From a virus, in UHGV virus genome UHGV-0230849: a stretch of 39,729 nucleotides of DNA; one strand, written 5' to 3'. Below, piece by piece: positions 10,726 to 22,775 of the stretch; positions within the stretch are counted from its first letter, which is position 1; each line of letters opens with the position of its first letter. The notes under the pieces are model-generated. The model saw only the letters and a program-made list of their open reading frames with translations, was not told the origin of the DNA and did no database searches. A program made the position numbers and the translations under genes.

Positions 10726-11426
10726 CAGTCAATCAGCCCATGTAATCTAAGTGCCGTTTCAATCGCCAGAATACGCTGCCGCGCCTGCTGCAAACCTGTA
10801 GCGAGAGCCGCGACTTCGGATTGTGTGTACGTAGTGCCGACCGTGTATGACTGGTTAGCGTTGAATGAGCCAAGAAGAGGTGTACCTGTGGCTGCAGTCC
10901 ATCCGGTATTTCTTGCTCCAACAACCTGAATTCCATCAACTGAATATGATGTTTTTACATCCAGCGGTGACGCAAGAGACTGCGATTCGGTTATGGTTTT
11001 CGATACGTAATCACTCTTAATGCCAGAGACATCGTTTTCTACGTCATCCAGTCTTTGGTCAACAGTGACCAGATGCGCCTGAATATCGATAACCTCATCC
11101 AGCAAGTAATCAACATCGCTACGCAGTACGACTATCTTCCCTTCGGCAGTTGTTAACCTGACCTCAAGTAGATTTATCGCTTTTGTGTTTGCGGTGATTC
11201 TTGCGTCGTGATCAGCCAGTTCGACATCCTGTTCATCGTTTTTTACCTGGGCATCGTAAGCGCCCTGACCAGCCTGATTTGCCTTCCCGGCAATTGCGCC
11301 GACATCAGCCCCCTGATTAATGACATACAGCAGGTAAGACTGGCTGAATATATTGCGTGGCAAAATTGAAGCATCAAGCCGCGTAGCCTGAACCACAACA
11401 GGATCATTCAGTGATGAATCAACCAT
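10725..11426 (-). CDS. gp26: Tail needle gp26
   Basis: 233 aa; N-terminus ...[70 protein letters not shown] matches P22 gp26; coiled-coil. Confidence 0.9.
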   Translation of the reverse strand: MVDSSLNDPVVVQATRLDASILPRNIFSQSYLLYVINQGADVGAIAGKANQAGQGAYDAQVKNDEQDVELADHDARITANTKAINLLEVRLTTAEGKIVVLRSDVDYLLDEVIDIQAHLVTVDQRLDDVENDVSGIKSDYVSKTITESQSLASPLDVKTSYSVDGIQVVGARNTGWTAATGTPLLGSFNANQSYTVGTTYTQSEVAALATGLQQARQRILAIETALRLHGLID

Positions 11427-12844
11427 TACTCAATCCTTATCTGGCAGCCAGACAGAGTGACAGGTGACTTCGTGATAACGCGCAATTTGAAGCCGACATT
11501 TTTCCTGATGCGCCCGACTCGCTTCCACAAAACACGTTTGTCGTAAACGAACGGTTCATTCTGTTCAATCATCTGCTCACGCCCGTAATTGATGCCGTCA
11601 GTGGTTGCAGAGAGGAACAGGCGGTCGGCGTACTGAGCGACACCAGTCGATGATTCAACTTCCAGATCAAAACATCTGGCGTTATCCGCTTTGAACAACG
11701 GAGTAAACAACAGGTGTTCCTGTTGCTTGTCGTACTGGCTGCTGATATCGAATTGCAATTTCCCGGTCACCGATTCCAGCTTATCGCCGCACGTTATCTG
11801 ATTGCCTTCGTAAATGAAGTCGATAGCGCGGTACACATCGTCATACAGGCCTGTTTTCAACACACACCATTGCGGACCATTGGCGCTTGAAGATGCGTCG
11901 TAAACAAGAACATGGCGCGGCAGGTGAATAATCAGCAACTCATGAGCATCAAACCGCAGCGATTCCATCACCCCATCAGCCAGTTCATCAGCAGTGTAGG
12001 AGCGTAGTATTTTCTCAATACTCGCGCTGGCTATTGGTGATACCTGACCGGAGCCGATGATATACACAGACGGCGCACCTGTTGCCGGATTGCTGATGAA
12101 CGCATACGAGTCAGCAAACGGCGTTTTGCAGTAGGTTCCGGCAATGCCTTTCTGCACCATCAGCGATGGTTGTGCAACATACAAAGCAGCACCAACTGTG
12201 GTTGCACCAGTCAGGGAGAAATATTCAATCGTCGACGAACCAAAGCAGACTATGAAGTCTCGCCATGTACCTATGCCGATGATGCCGTCAGGCTGCGACT
12301 CTGCGCGATATTGTGCGCTGTATCGGTCAGGGTGCGATTCATCTTCAAGGTCAGTGATAAACCATGAATCAGTTCCGTCTTTTGACCACGCATAACGCCC
12401 ACGTAAGCGAGTAATGTCGCGGACTGAACCTAACTCATACTGCGTGAATCCGCTGTCTGTAGGCCAGTTTGAGACGGTTTTAACCGTGCCATCATAGCGA
12501 TACTCGACCAGTTGACCATTAACGCCTACCGCCTGTGATGTCCGACCATGCGCCATTGATACGCGACCACTTCCGGCGACGTCACCGACTTCGCTTTCGC
12601 CTTTGTAAAGCTTCCCACCACACACGCGATAAACAGCATTCTGCGCCATGTTGTACTCGACGCCGCGCGATACGCCGTTCACATCAGAACGTTTGGCAAT
12701 GCCCGGGAATGAACGAAGATATCCGCTGCTGTTAAGGATTTCTTTGGGGGTTGCCAGCATATTCACTGGCAGATAGTCGATATAGTCGGCGTTTCGGAAG
12801 TCTTTGCCGACACCTTTCATAAGCGGAAGTTGCTGAATCGGCAT
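11426..12844 (-). CDS. gp10: Tail accessory factor gp10
   Basis: 472 aa, P22 order and length. Confidence 0.85.
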   Translation of the reverse strand: MPIQQLPLMKGVGKDFRNADYIDYLPVNMLATPKEILNSSGYLRSFPGIAKRSDVNGVSRGVEYNMAQNAVYRVCGGKLYKGESEVGDVAGSGRVSMAHGRTSQAVGVNGQLVEYRYDGTVKTVSNWPTDSGFTQYELGSVRDITRLRGRYAWSKDGTDSWFITDLEDESHPDRYSAQYRAESQPDGIIGIGTWRDFIVCFGSSTIEYFSLTGATTVGAALYVAQPSLMVQKGIAGTYCKTPFADSYAFISNPATGAPSVYIIGSGQVSPIASASIEKILRSYTADELADGVMESLRFDAHELLIIHLPRHVLVYDASSSANGPQWCVLKTGLYDDVYRAIDFIYEGNQITCGDKLESVTGKLQFDISSQYDKQQEHLLFTPLFKADNARCFDLEVESSTGVAQYADRLFLSATTDGINYGREQMIEQNEPFVYDKRVLWKRVGRIRKNVGFKLRVITKSPVTLSGCQIRIE

Positions 12845-13345
12845 TTATTCGCTCCCGTTATCGCAAGGTTCCTTCCGGTGGAAGTAATTCCAACCGTTCC
12901 ACTTCGCCAACTGATTACCGCTACCAACAGGCATACGGTTTGGATAACCGGACTTACATTTAGCGGCTTTTGCTCTGTCCATTGCAGACAGTTTGACGAG
13001 TCGCTCTTTCCCGTATCTGGCAGTGGTTATAAGTTTTGCAGACGCTTCCAGCGCATAATCTGGAGCAATGCGGCAGGCAAGGTTGAAAATGACGGAATTG
13101 ATAGCGTTATTTGATAAACCGTGCTCATCGCCCGGATCTGGAGCGACATCTGCATCAGCGAAAATGTAGCCAACGTTGATACCAGGTGACGCATCACCTC
13201 CAAGCCATTCAGCCATCATCATTTCAAGGTCGTTGACGCCGTCTTCCATAGACTGAGGTTCGACATCGGTTAACGTGGCATTTGATGCCACACCGAGCTT
13301 ACGTAATGCCGCAAGAACTAAATCACCCTTCGTTGTCAGGTTCAT
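12845..13345 (-). CDS. gp4: Tail accessory factor gp4 (start inferred at [10 protein letters not shown]; ORF is open upstream to 13432)
   Basis: [29 protein letters not shown]...[14 protein letters not shown] matches P22 gp4; upstream in-frame extension encodes [10 protein letters not shown] from a hexamer repeat. Confidence 0.8.
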   Translation of the reverse strand: MNLTTKGDLVLAALRKLGVASNATLTDVEPQSMEDGVNDLEMMMAEWLGGDASPGINVGYIFADADVAPDPGDEHGLSNNAINSVIFNLACRIAPDYALEASAKLITTARYGKERLVKLSAMDRAKAAKCKSGYPNRMPVGSGNQLAKWNGWNYFHRKEPCDNGSE

Positions 13346-13571
13346 CTGATGCCGCCTTAGGGTTTCGACCAGGCTTTTTACGCTGCTTTTCTTCTGACTC
13401 TGACTCTGACTCTGACTCTGACTCTGCAACATCCTTCAGAAGGTCATCAGGATGTGCAAACCAGCCAGCATCCAGATATTCCTGAAGATCTTCGGCTTTC
13501 ACGATTTCAAAGTCGTATCCAACGCCTTTCCATTTCTTCATGTCGCCATGACGAAAGATCATGTGTGTCAT
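13323..13571 (-). CDS. Small acidic ORF (82 aa) between coat and gp4, containing an (ES)n repeat
   Basis: ATG at 13571 with GGAG 8 nt upstream, just after the coat terminator; [66 protein letters not shown]... Confidence 0.45.
   Translation of the reverse strand: MTHMIFRHGDMKKWKGVGYDFEIVKAEDLQEYLDAGWFAHPDDLLKDVAESESESESESEEKQRKKPGRNPKAASDEPDNEG
13393..13426. repeat. Tandem hexanucleotide repeat (TCTGAC) about 5.7 copies
   Basis: tctgactctgactctgactctgactctgactctg read directly; gives (ES)n in the small ORF frame and (SQ)n in the gp4-extension frame. Confidence 0.95.
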
Positions 13572-13585
13572 GCTTGTCTCCAGAT

Positions 13586-13606
13586 AAAAAAAGGAGCCGA
13601 AGCTCC
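13586..13606 (-). terminator. Rho-independent terminator just after the coat gene
   Basis: Minus strand GGAGC-UUCG-GCUCC followed by seven U, 10 nt after the coat stop. Confidence 0.85.
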
Positions 13607-13615
13607 CCATGGTTA

Positions 13616-14911
13616 TCACGCGGTCTGGTTAGGCAGACCAACACCAATTGCCTCTGGTCGTACAGCACATGCTGAATACCACACAGCAATACGGCACTTA
13701 CCAGACAGAGTGTTGATATCACCCTGCGTTGCGAAGATGCCGTTAACACCAATGCCAGGAATGCTGAAGGAAGAAGTTTTCATGCCAGCAAACAGTTCAT
13801 GGGTTACCGGGATCGGCTGAGACAGCAGGCGGATTGAGTCATCAGCCCAGAACACGTTAGCGGTGGTTGTTGCCACGTTCAGAACGTTTACCGGAGTGGT
13901 ATCAGCAAGAGAGGTGTTTACGTTAGCGTAAGCCTTCTCTTCTTTTGTCAGTGACGCGTCATCCAGTGCAATCGGTTTCGGCGTGATTTCGATGTGAGTA
14001 TCATCGATCACACGGGTGATTGAGAAAGTCGCATCATCAGTTAGCACGTTCTTCGCCATCTGAGACAGGAATTTCACACCAGTGAAACTGATTTTGTCGC
14101 CGCGCTTAAATCCGGTGGTGGAGGATACGGTCACCGTTGCAACACGGTTGTCGACGTTCTCTTTGTTACCATCGGTATCAAGGGTGTATGCCTGCGGCTT
14201 AAACTTCTGCGCACCAGACACAGTTACACCAGTAGCGGTTGACTTGGTAACTGCCGGAAGTTTCGGTGAGCGAAGAATTTCATCAAAGCCAGCAATCTGA
14301 CGCTGAATAGTACCGTTGCGATACGCTTCTTCAGGAACGCGCCCGAAGATGTCACCATCTACAAGATTGCGGCCTGCTTTGCGGTAATCGTCAGGGTTCA
14401 GGAAGTAACTGATGCCCATATCGCGGTTTAGCTCACGGGAGAACATCAGGCGCTCTGCATCAGACACAAAATCCCAGCCAGACAGGCCAGTAGATGGACC
14501 AATTGCGCGGGTATCGTGAACAACAAGTGAGCCCATTTCAGTTGCCTGTTTGGCAATTGCTGACTCAATGTTATTCGCCAGTTTTTTGGCGGATGCCTGG
14601 ATGCGGCGACGGTAAGAACGCTCATCACGCAGGTCATCTGCACGAAGCTCGAAGAAATCGTTATCCGGATCGCCCATGTTGCATTTCACGGACAGTTCCA
14701 GAATACCGGTAGCGTTGCCAGTTAAATCCCAGCCAGTCTGAGTTGGCGCTTCCTGCTCAACAGGCATCCACACGGTGTTGCTTGAACGTTGCATGGATTC
14801 TGCCGGAGGGGTGTATTTTGTCACTTTGGACGCCATTGGCGTCAGGTTCTGGACGGTTTCGATGATTTCATCCAGAGCATACGTGACCAGTTGACCTTCA
14901 TTTAATGCCAT
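13616..14911 (-). CDS. gp5: Major coat protein gp5
   Basis: 431 aa; [20 protein letters not shown]...FAGMKT...GLPNQTA matches P22 coat. Confidence 0.95.
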   Translation of the reverse strand: MALNEGQLVTYALDEIIETVQNLTPMASKVTKYTPPAESMQRSSNTVWMPVEQEAPTQTGWDLTGNATGILELSVKCNMGDPDNDFFELRADDLRDERSYRRRIQASAKKLANNIESAIAKQATEMGSLVVHDTRAIGPSTGLSGWDFVSDAERLMFSRELNRDMGISYFLNPDDYRKAGRNLVDGDIFGRVPEEAYRNGTIQRQIAGFDEILRSPKLPAVTKSTATGVTVSGAQKFKPQAYTLDTDGNKENVDNRVATVTVSSTTGFKRGDKISFTGVKFLSQMAKNVLTDDATFSITRVIDDTHIEITPKPIALDDASLTKEEKAYANVNTSLADTTPVNVLNVATTTANVFWADDSIRLLSQPIPVTHELFAGMKTSSFSIPGIGVNGIFATQGDINTLSGKCRIAVWYSACAVRPEAIGVGLPNQTA

Positions 14912-15822
14912 TATCGAATTCCTTTATTCAGTTGCGCCTTGAGCTTGCGGTATGTCTCTACATCCCCTTTGTTTGCTGCCGCTTCCATCTGCTTTTCAAT
15001 CGCAGATATATTTGCAGCAACAGCGTGTCCCTGAATGGGTTCATCAGGTAGCGGGGCTTCTGAAACAGGTTTGGCTCGAGGCTTGAGAGTTAAACGTTCT
15101 GACAGTCGAGTGAGTTCAATCAGCGCGGATTGCCCGTCCATCGCCAGCAACTGGCGTGTTTTCTCAGGATTAGCACCAAGGTGATACATGAGAGCGGCGG
15201 ATTTCTCCGGGAAGAGGCGCATGATGTCGGCACCGACTGCTGGCGGCACCAGTTGCATGAATGCATCCTCTTTCTCCTGATAGTCAGGGATATTGAGCTT
15301 TTCCGCTGCGTCGTAGTGCTTACGGGCTGCCTCGACGTATTGCGCTGATTGCTGGGTGAACTCCTGAGTTTTGCGACCCTGCTCGGCGACAGCCTGGCTT
15401 CGTGCGTCCATAGCCTTGATCTGCCATTCACTGTTTGCCTGCTGGAAGGCAGCCAGTGCGCGGCTCTGGTCATAGTCGTACTTAGCCAGCGCATCTTCGG
15501 AAAGATAATCGTTAGGGTCTGGTTGTTTTGGTAACTCAGGGTTCACCCGCAGGTGCTCCGGCAATTCTCCACGCTTAACCGCTTCCATCTGCTGCTCAAG
15601 CTCACGCTGGCGTTTGCGTTCGATGCGGAGACGGGCAAATTCAGCATTAGTTGCCGGGTCTTGTTTTGGTTTCTCATCGTCTTTCAGGACAATCTCGAAG
15701 CCTTCTTCCTGACCTGCGTTGTCGTTGGCATTATCGACAACTAAGCCATCAGCAGATGCCGCTGCATGATTGCCGGGCAGGGTTAATTCTTCAGAAGCCT
15801 GAATGTCGGTGGTTTGGTCCAT
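14911..15822 (-). CDS. gp8: Scaffolding protein gp8
   Basis: 303 aa, acidic helical protein between portal and coat. Confidence 0.9.
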   Translation of the reverse strand: MDQTTDIQASEELTLPGNHAAASADGLVVDNANDNAGQEEGFEIVLKDDEKPKQDPATNAEFARLRIERKRQRELEQQMEAVKRGELPEHLRVNPELPKQPDPNDYLSEDALAKYDYDQSRALAAFQQANSEWQIKAMDARSQAVAEQGRKTQEFTQQSAQYVEAARKHYDAAEKLNIPDYQEKEDAFMQLVPPAVGADIMRLFPEKSAALMYHLGANPEKTRQLLAMDGQSALIELTRLSERLTLKPRAKPVSEAPLPDEPIQGHAVAANISAIEKQMEAAANKGDVETYRKLKAQLNKGIR

Positions 15823-15835
15823 GATTAACTCTCTC

Positions 15836-18001
15836 TTATTGAGGTGTCTCGGCTACTCCGCCGGAGGGGGTTTGAACTTGACGCATAAGACTCGCGAAAT
15901 CCATGCGTTGTGAATGAGTCTGGTCTGCATCTTTAAGAAGCAGCTCAGCGTTAGCACGAGCGTCTTTGCTGCGCTGTTGCTGGAATTGACCTACGAGCTT
16001 GAGGTACTCACGCAGTTCTGCCTGCTTGTCGAGGTCCATATTGTTGAAGATTTCCGCAATCTTCGCGGCGTTGAGTTGGTTTTGGGCTTCAACCTTGGCG
16101 GCTTCAACCTGAATCTGCGCCTGTTGGTTCTCTGCCTTGAGCAATTCAGCCTGACCTTGCAGAAGGATACCCTGCGCCTGAATTTGCTCTGCTGATGGCT
16201 GCTGCGGCTGCTGTTGCGCCTGTTGCACCATCTCCATCTCTTCAGGTGTTTCTGGTTTCTTCAGCCCCATCATCACCAGTTGCTTGTTCGCGTACTCTCG
16301 CATCATCTCGACGCCTTTACCGTCAAGGAGCGTGAAGTATTGCAGCATCAGCATCTGGAACTCTGGAGTACCTTGCGGAACCTTGGTGAGCAATTCCTGA
16401 ATCTCTGCGCGGTTCTGTTCCTTCATGCTCTGGAAGGATGGCCCAACGTCCGTATAGCACTCATAGCGACCGCGAATGTCGTTGAGTGTGACCACATTGC
16501 CTGACTGATAATCGACAACTTGCGCATAGAGTTGAACGTCTTTCTCGCTTCCATCTTCAAGTGTCAGCGTTACATGACGAGGAACGTCATAAATATCGTT
16601 GACCATTGAGGCATAAATCTCGCCATCACGTCGCATTGCGGTAGCCAGGTTATCCTGAAACACGTATGTCTCAAGGTCTGCCCGCATGTTCAGTTGATTG
16701 ACGGTATCGAAAGCGACCTGAGAGTTTGCTGCCTGCGCATCCACGCCAAGACTAGCCACCTCTTTCACTGCGTTGGTGGCGGCCTCAAGCATGTAAGCGT
16801 TGGCTTGCGGCACTTCAGGGTTTTCCATGTAGGAGATTGGACCAATCGGCAGGTCGTTACCGTTTTCATCGGTCTTGTTCTGCAGATAGTACGGATAGTC
16901 ATCATTTCCACCGTACATGTATTCGTAGCCTTCGATTTGCTCAGGGAAGAAGGTCGGTTTCTTCTTCGGTGAACGAGCAACAATATCGGCGTTGAACGAC
17001 ATGATCATGTTACGAAGGCGTTGACCGTCTTTCGTCAGCCTTACCACTCCTTCGTAGCACTCCTTGTCACCAGCGAATGACCATTCTCCATACACTGGAA
17101 CGATTGGAATATGCTCTCCGGCTATCTTCTCGCGGTCTTTCAGGATCTGCGTGCAGGTGATGATCGACTTATACACACGCCGACGCTTCACCTTGCGCTC
17201 TGCTACCTTAATGAATCCACGATTAGCCAGGTCGTCGATGACGTCTTTGATATCCTGCTGGTAATAGCTGACCGGCTCACCTGTCAGCGGGTCGCGATAG
17301 ATGAAGACTTTCTCCTTCTTCTCTTCTACCTCGTAATACTCAGCGACGTAGACGACATCATTCGATACCCACGGAAACAGCCATGTGTCGTTCGGATTCT
17401 GGAAAGATGGCAAGGTATCCGGATCAATACCGTAATCCTCTGCGAACTCTTTCCAGCCATTGCGTGACAAAGCGTTAATCACCGTGCAGTGCTTAGCGTC
17501 GCTCTTATCCATCTGCTTGCTGTTGGCGTCCCATATGACGTGTGAGCAGGCTTCATGGATTGGCAGGCGTCGGATTACCTGATTGTTGCTTGTTGGGTCG
17601 TTATCTTCGTACTGGGTGACCAGACGCCATGCACCAACGCCGGACTCTATCTGCTCACGAACGCCAACGTTAACGGCAATCTTTGCCGTGTTATGGCGCA
17701 TATCAGTACGATACATCCCCATCAACACATCGGCTGCATCAGGATTAGCGCCGTCTTTGGGTCGGAAGAGAACGTCGATAGGGTTCCGGCGCATCTCTGC
17801 GACCAGTTTCCTGACCACCGGGCGAACAACATCGAATTGTCCGCGATATTGCAGGGTAGTGTAGTTTGATAGCCAGTCATCCCATTGCGACACTCGGCTA
17901 AAATACAGGTCATTTGTCGCCTCGGTTCTGGCTTCATCGCTCGCCATCCAGTCCGCGTCAAACTTACACAGAATGGAATTGAGTCTGTTTTCGTCGGCCA
18001 T
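15836..18001 (-). CDS. gp1: Portal protein gp1
   Basis: 721 aa, P22 position and size, Gln-rich C-terminal barrel region. Confidence 0.9.
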   Translation of the reverse strand: MADENRLNSILCKFDADWMASDEARTEATNDLYFSRVSQWDDWLSNYTTLQYRGQFDVVRPVVRKLVAEMRRNPIDVLFRPKDGANPDAADVLMGMYRTDMRHNTAKIAVNVGVREQIESGVGAWRLVTQYEDNDPTSNNQVIRRLPIHEACSHVIWDANSKQMDKSDAKHCTVINALSRNGWKEFAEDYGIDPDTLPSFQNPNDTWLFPWVSNDVVYVAEYYEVEEKKEKVFIYRDPLTGEPVSYYQQDIKDVIDDLANRGFIKVAERKVKRRRVYKSIITCTQILKDREKIAGEHIPIVPVYGEWSFAGDKECYEGVVRLTKDGQRLRNMIMSFNADIVARSPKKKPTFFPEQIEGYEYMYGGNDDYPYYLQNKTDENGNDLPIGPISYMENPEVPQANAYMLEAATNAVKEVASLGVDAQAANSQVAFDTVNQLNMRADLETYVFQDNLATAMRRDGEIYASMVNDIYDVPRHVTLTLEDGSEKDVQLYAQVVDYQSGNVVTLNDIRGRYECYTDVGPSFQSMKEQNRAEIQELLTKVPQGTPEFQMLMLQYFTLLDGKGVEMMREYANKQLVMMGLKKPETPEEMEMVQQAQQQPQQPSAEQIQAQGILLQGQAELLKAENQQAQIQVEAAKVEAQNQLNAAKIAEIFNNMDLDKQAELREYLKLVGQFQQQRSKDARANAELLLKDADQTHSQRMDFASLMRQVQTPSGGVAETPQ

Positions 18002-19501
18002 TTAAGTTCTCCGTGCGATGGGCCTGATTGGGGCTGGTATCTTTTTCTCTTTTGGTTTTTTGATGTCGCGCATCATTTTTGCGAAGCGGCGCATCATGTA
18101 TGCATAGCGAACGGCGGATAGCACGTCGTCGTTAAGCTTGACGATTTTCCCGTTTTCATCACGGTGATAGAGGCGGAACTCCTCAAAGAATGGCTCACAG
18201 GTGTTGAATACTTTGAAGCGACCATCGAGCATCATGTCGCGCAATTCAGTGATGCCAGGCTCAACAGCATTACCGCCATCAGGCCATGTCGCATGCTCCT
18301 GCAACATCATAAAACCAGCATCTGCATACTGCCCTTTGAGCTGCTCACCGCCGCCCTTCTCATGCTGGTTTCCGTCATGAGGCCATGCGGTTGGCACTTT
18401 ATGCGCCCATGATTTAACGGCCCCCCACGCCTGAACGGCTGTTTTTTCTTTCGCCTTCCACACGCGTGAAACGTAGATTGTGTCTGCGTCCTTATCCCAC
18501 CAAAGCTGAACCTGCGCCTGCGGGTGATCCCATCCGAAATCCATACCGCCAATTACATAGAAGTGATCAGGACACTCGAACGGCTGACACTTAATCGTCT
18601 CTTCCGGTATCTGGAAGATTCGACCACTACCCATCGTAGGAATACCGCGAGCACGCGCCTCTCTCTCATGCTCAGGATAGGATGCGATGATTTGCTCTTT
18701 CTGCTCGTCGGTGTAGTGCTCAGCGTCATAGATGGTCATGTTGACCACTTTCTGAGACTTGCTGGGATTCTTCAGGAACTTGGTAACAACGTCAGACATC
18801 CCCATCAGCGGGGTAAACGTCAGAATTGAGAATTGCCCGTATTTGTTTGTACGGGTAAGCCCTTCGCCATAAATGCTGTATGGTGGCTCTTCGTCAAACC
18901 ACACGCCGTGGATTGTGTCACCCTGCCAGCGAGCGCGGCCTTGCGAGTATGGTTTGAAGTAGCAGATTGAAATGCCATCTTCAACGCCATCAGCCGTGTG
19001 ATGCTTAACCAGAAGATGATCAACAAGGTTCGGAAAGAAAGGAGACTTCTTCCAGCTAATGATGTCTTCTTTCGGTATGGAACCGTAGCCCGGCTCGTCA
19101 TTCTCTTCGATACGACCGCACAGGATGCGTTGAGTCGTTTTGGTTACAGTCTCGTTTGTCTCGCCACCAATCCAGAAGACAACAGGCTCATAGAAACGCT
19201 TACCTTTCCACTCCCCGCCATATTTACCATCAGCAGGATAGCCTTTTGTGCCCGGATAACGCCCGGTAAGGTGAAACGCGACTTCAGCAGCACCAGTAAA
19301 TGACTTACCAAGCTGGTTACCAGCCATAAAACATCGCTCTGGATAGTCATGCCCGGCGTCGATGAACTCACGCTGTTTGCTGTATGGCGTAAATTCATAT
19401 AGCAGGTGTGTGTTCCGGTAGTTATCTTCTTCTTCGAGTAGCTCGAGCAACTCGATTTGCTCTTCGTCGCTCAGGTTATCAAGAATCGCGTCCAGTTCCA
19501 C
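18002..19501 (-). CDS. gp2: Terminase large subunit gp2
   Basis: 499 aa; ATPase and nuclease motifs; P22 order. Confidence 0.9.
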   Translation of the reverse strand: MELDAILDNLSDEEQIELLELLEEEDNYRNTHLLYEFTPYSKQREFIDAGHDYPERCFMAGNQLGKSFTGAAEVAFHLTGRYPGTKGYPADGKYGGEWKGKRFYEPVVFWIGGETNETVTKTTQRILCGRIEENDEPGYGSIPKEDIISWKKSPFFPNLVDHLLVKHHTADGVEDGISICYFKPYSQGRARWQGDTIHGVWFDEEPPYSIYGEGLTRTNKYGQFSILTFTPLMGMSDVVTKFLKNPSKSQKVVNMTIYDAEHYTDEQKEQIIASYPEHEREARARGIPTMGSGRIFQIPEETIKCQPFECPDHFYVIGGMDFGWDHPQAQVQLWWDKDADTIYVSRVWKAKEKTAVQAWGAVKSWAHKVPTAWPHDGNQHEKGGGEQLKGQYADAGFMMLQEHATWPDGGNAVEPGITELRDMMLDGRFKVFNTCEPFFEEFRLYHRDENGKIVKLNDDVLSAVRYAYMMRRFAKMMRDIKKPKEKKIPAPIRPIARRT

Positions 19502-19967
19502 GGTTGAATAGCTCCTTGATACGAGAGCGTCGCTTATCGCGATCTCCCTTATCAGGTGTCACGTCTTCAACTTGCGACTGCTCTTTGAGGCCCAAATCAC
19601 GGGCGATGATATTAGCGTTGAGAAGGTCAGCGGCAGCGCCAGAGAATTTCTGGTCGTAGATGATGTCTTCCGCTCGTGATGTGACGTCAGAAAAACCTTC
19701 CATTGACCGGAAGGTTCCCCATGTTTGCCTGGTGATATCAAGGAAGGTACACAATCCTGAAATAGTCATGGCTCGCATCTTAGGGACATTAGCCTTAATT
19801 ATTTCTCCCTGATATGAAAATACCTTACCCTCCCATAGCGGGTTATCATCAGCCCACTCGAAGTATTCACAACAAGCAGCCCACAGCGCCTCAGGCGATT
19901 CGAATTTAGGATTTCGCCCATGACTACTGCGGGCCTCCCAAAATCGGTTGCCCTTTGGTGCTGCCAT
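19479..19967 (-). CDS. gp3: Terminase small subunit gp3 (start at [38 protein letters not shown])
   Basis: N-terminus matches P22 gp3; pac site expected inside the gene but not localised. Confidence 0.85.
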   Translation of the reverse strand: MAAPKGNRFWEARSSHGRNPKFESPEALWAACCEYFEWADDNPLWEGKVFSYQGEIIKANVPKMRAMTISGLCTFLDITRQTWGTFRSMEGFSDVTSRAEDIIYDQKFSGAAADLLNANIIARDLGLKEQSQVEDVTPDKGDRDKRRSRIKELFNRGTGRDS

Positions 19968-20002
19968 ATTCATCTCACTTAGTTGTTATTTCAGGTTGAG
20001 CA

Positions 20003-20245
20003 TCATGCTCCGGTAGTGAACAGGTCTAACGCTTCCTTCGATTTACGCACCGCTTCGATTGTGCGGGTCGTGATATCTGAATTAGCGCCGCCTGACTGGA
20101 AGTGAATTTTGAATAGCTCAAGCTTCAGTTCGTCAGTGCCGATGAATTGAAATGCTTCTTCTGCGGCTGCGTTCTGGTTCATGACCAGTTTGTAAATCTC
20201 TAACTGGAATTTCTGTTCTTCAGTCATGGGAATAATCTCTGCCAT
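20003..20245 (-). CDS. Hypothetical protein (80 aa) upstream of terminase
   Basis: Compact ORF in operon orientation; no confident family assignment. Confidence 0.5.
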   Translation of the reverse strand: MAEIIPMTEEQKFQLEIYKLVMNQNAAAEEAFQFIGTDELKLELFKIHFQSGGANSDITTRTIEAVRKSKEALDLFTTGA

Positions 20246-20348
20246 TGTTGGCTCCGTTTATCCGTTAAAAGGGATATCAGTTAAGTTATCCCGTGTAGGG
20301 TATAAGCCATTATCAAAGCCACTCAGTAAGGAATGGCTTTTGTAATAA

Positions 20349-20720
20349 CTACTGTTCGCTTAGCTTCTGCTTCAGCAAGTAACCTTCGAGCATCCAGATT
20401 TTGTTTACAGCATTCTGCCGGGCAATCTTCCGACCAATTTCTGCATCAAAATTTTCCGGACTTGCACAGGCACTCTCTCCGGTGACGGTGAAGCCGTTGC
20501 GCAGCACCAGGACGCAGAACGTCAGCAGAGAAAGTGATTCGTGCGGCTGGTAGTTTACCTCTCCGCCAGTATGTTTCGCTTTTATGGCTTTGCCAAAGGC
20601 ACCATCCTCTGCTGTGAAATATGCCTCCTGAGCAATAATTCCTTCGATATGGTCTGGCGTAACTCGCGGTGCCGTTTTGCCTTTCTCAACGATTTCTTTT
20701 TCGATTTGCTGGTCGTTCAT
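20349..20720 (-). CDS. Hypothetical phage protein (123 aa)
   Basis: ORF in late-operon orientation; no confident family assignment. Confidence 0.5.
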   Translation of the reverse strand: MNDQQIEKEIVEKGKTAPRVTPDHIEGIIAQEAYFTAEDGAFGKAIKAKHTGGEVNYQPHESLSLLTFCVLVLRNGFTVTGESACASPENFDAEIGRKIARQNAVNKIWMLEGYLLKQKLSEQ

Positions 20721-21003
20721 AATTATGACCCTGTAGAGTGGTTGCTTGATTAGGATGTCTTTCCATCAGTCCGCCACCACAAAGAATCTTTTTTGCCATA
20801 AGGCAGGAGGTTCATCTTTCAGTGGCTGCCAGTGTTATTTCCCCACTTACTGGCTTGGGTTGTTTCGCTGTACTGCCGTAACTGGTGGTGCACAGATTTA
20901 GTTAAATCTGTTCTCGCCTGAACTATCTTTTACATACCCGGATTGTGGGGATGTAAATCACGGTTTCATTATCAAGCCCACCCGTAGATGGGCTTTGGAA
21001 TGG

Positions 21004-21522
21004 TCACTTTGGTAGTCCGGGGATCGATATTTGCGCCTGCTGCTCAAGCCTTTCGATTCTTGCTATGAGTTGCGGTTTTTTGATCCTGCCCCAGCGGTTC
21101 AGCAAGCGTCCTGACATACTGGCAACATCCTTTTCCTTCATGAACTCCAGCATTAACTCGTTGTGCTCTCTTTGGTATGAGTGAGCCATCTCCATCAGCC
21201 TGTCACGCATCCAATTAAATGCTTTGATAAACGCCTCTTTGATGGCGGCAGCTTTTTTGCCGGTAAACGACATGATGATGTACATCGCGCCGTCTTTGGA
21301 AATTTCATATTCAACATACTGATTACCCTTGTGTTCATAGGTAACCCGCGAAAAGTTGCTGGTTAGAAATTCATCCGAACAGTCTAGCTTTTCGATTTTC
21401 TGAATGATGTGGTGATGCTGCTTGTCGAAGTAAGCTGCTACCTTGCGGGAGGTTGTGATCACGCGATCACCAGAAACAACCACCATGTCCCGGAAATCGA
21501 GATTAGCCAATTGATGATTCAT
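21004..21522 (-). CDS. rha: Rha-family phage regulatory protein (start inferred at MNHQLANLDFRDMVVVSGDRVITTSRKVAAYF)
   Basis: N-terminal Rha-like signature; ORF-track version (to 21765) adds an implausible extension with no RBS. Confidence 0.65.
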   Translation of the reverse strand: MNHQLANLDFRDMVVVSGDRVITTSRKVAAYFDKQHHHIIQKIEKLDCSDEFLTSNFSRVTYEHKGNQYVEYEISKDGAMYIIMSFTGKKAAAIKEAFIKAFNWMRDRLMEMAHSYQREHNELMLEFMKEKDVASMSGRLLNRWGRIKKPQLIARIERLEQQAQISIPGLPK

Positions 21523-21663
21523 AGCGTCTTTACCTTTTAGAAAGTGAGCCTGTCTCACAGAAAAGCCGCCCGAGAGAGGTCGCCACCTATAACGGCATTT
21601 CTCAGGCTCGCTTACTGAAAGGCTCTCGTTAATATGCGCGTGAGATGCGCTGTGAAATTCAGA

Positions 21664-21689
21664 TATAAAAAGCCCCGCGAATGCGAGGC
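21664..21689 (-). terminator. Rho-independent terminator between Rz and the Rha gene
   Basis: Minus strand GCCUCGC-AUUC-GCGGGGC (7 bp with one G-U) followed by UUUUUAU. Confidence 0.7.
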
Positions 21690-21864
21690 TAAATCCTGGT
21701 ATTTGTAATGAACTGGCTCTTATCTCAACGCAGCCCCTTACCGCGCGCCAGATGCTCAATATCAAGCATCAGCAATGAGATGTTTAATCTGGATTCACTC
21801 CAGAAGTGATCACCACCCTGTCTACAGAGCCAGATGTGAAGGATGATGAGTAAAATTATCGCTA

Positions 21865-22302
21865 TCATCGAAGGCATTGCGTCCTGATGTATTCCTGCAG
21901 GTAGTTAACCTGCGCGGTTATCCTGTCGATTCCACTTCTGAGACGGTAATAATTGAGTTCAGCATCTGCTGTAAGTCTTGGGCTTTCTCCATCGCCCATG
22001 CCGCTGGCTCCGGTCGTTGACTTTGCACAGGTGGCGGAGACTTGCAGGCGCTTACGCCCAGCAGAAACATCAGCACGGAGACTTTCGATAGTCGCGTTAG
22101 CATCAGCAAGCTCCTTTGTGTATCTGGCGTCGAGTTCTGCTACATCACGTTGACGCTTCTGCATGTCAGCGATGATGGATGTGGCTTTATCGCGCTGCTC
22201 TTTGTAGGTCATGGCGTTATCACGGTAATGATTAACAGCCCATGACAGGCAGACGATGATGCAGATAACCAGAGCGGAGATAATCGCGGTTACTCTGCTC
22301 AT
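21865..22302 (-). CDS. Rz: Spanin inner-membrane subunit Rz
   Basis: [30 protein letters not shown]... matches lambda Rz N-terminus; 145 aa. Confidence 0.9.
   Translation of the reverse strand: MSRVTAIISALVICIIVCLSWAVNHYRDNAMTYKEQRDKATSIIADMQKRQRDVAELDARYTKELADANATIESLRADVSAGRKRLQVSATCAKSTTGASGMGDGESPRLTADAELNYYRLRSGIDRITAQVNYLQEYIRTQCLR
21918..22109 (-). CDS. Rz1: Spanin outer-membrane lipoprotein Rz1 (embedded in Rz, +1 frame)
   Basis: Embedded ORF with signal peptide and lipobox-like LLGVSAC, Pro-rich mature part. Confidence 0.75.
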   Translation of the reverse strand: MLMLTRLSKVSVLMFLLGVSACKSPPPVQSQRPEPAAWAMEKAQDLQQMLNSIITVSEVESTG

Positions 22303-22775
22303 ACCTCAATCTCTCTGACCGTTCCGCCTGCTTCTTTGAATTTTGCAATCAGGCTGTCAGCCTTATGCTCGAACTGACCATAACCAGCGCCCGGAAGTGA
22401 AGCCCAGATATTGCTGCAACGGTCGATAGCCTGACGAATATCACCGCGATCAATCATCGGTAAAGCGCCACGCTCTTTAATCTGTTGCACTGCCACAGCG
22501 TCCTGGCTTTTCGGAGAGAAGTCTTTCAGGCCAAGTTGCTTGCGGTAGGCATCCCACCAACGGGAAAGAAGCTGATAGCGCCCGGCTGCTGTTGATTTGA
22601 GTTTTGGGTTTAGCGTGACAAGTTTGCGAGGGTGATCGGAGTAATCAGTGAATAGCTCTCCGCCTACAATGACGTCATAACCATGATTTCTGGTTTTCTG
22701 ACGTCCGTTATCAGTTCCCTCTGACCACGCCAGCATATCGAGGAACGCCTTACGTTGATTATTGATTTCCACCAT
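22299..22775 (-). CDS. R: Endolysin R (lambda-type lytic transglycosylase)
   Basis: [52 protein letters not shown]... essentially lambda R; 158 aa. Confidence 0.95.
   Translation of the reverse strand: MVEINNQRKAFLDMLAWSEGTDNGRQKTRNHGYDVIVGGELFTDYSDHPRKLVTLNPKLKSTAAGRYQLLSRWWDAYRKQLGLKDFSPKSQDAVAVQQIKERGALPMIDRGDIRQAIDRCSNIWASLPGAGYGQFEHKADSLIAKFKEAGGTVREIEV

Noticed and set aside
10405-10929. 174-aa plus-strand ORF overlapping gp14/gp26
   Set aside because: Antisense to well-supported virion genes with no RBS or homology; typical shadow ORF. The same applies to the other plus-strand ORFs inside 445-23082 and the minus-strand ORFs inside the plus-strand genes at 29894-39729.
13393-13426. 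Hexamer tandem repeat as a possible CRISPR array or other defence repeat
   Set aside because: Repeat unit is only 6 bp with no spacers; it is a coding microsatellite.
12845-13432. 195-aa version of gp4 beginning [11 protein letters not shown]
   Set aside because: Homology to P22 gp4 begins at the internal Met (13345), and the upstream ATG has a poorly spaced RBS; the extension is probably translation of the hexamer repeat. Not fully excluded.
19620-19700. Attempt to locate the P22 pac site inside the small terminase gene
   Set aside because: Only a weak resemblance (GAAGACATCATCTACGACCAGAA on the coding strand) to the recalled P22 pac sequence; not confident enough to annotate.
21523-21765. 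N-terminal 81-aa extension of the Rha ORF
   Set aside because: Extension runs through the upstream terminator hairpin and lacks Rha homology; the internal ATG at 21522 has an RBS.
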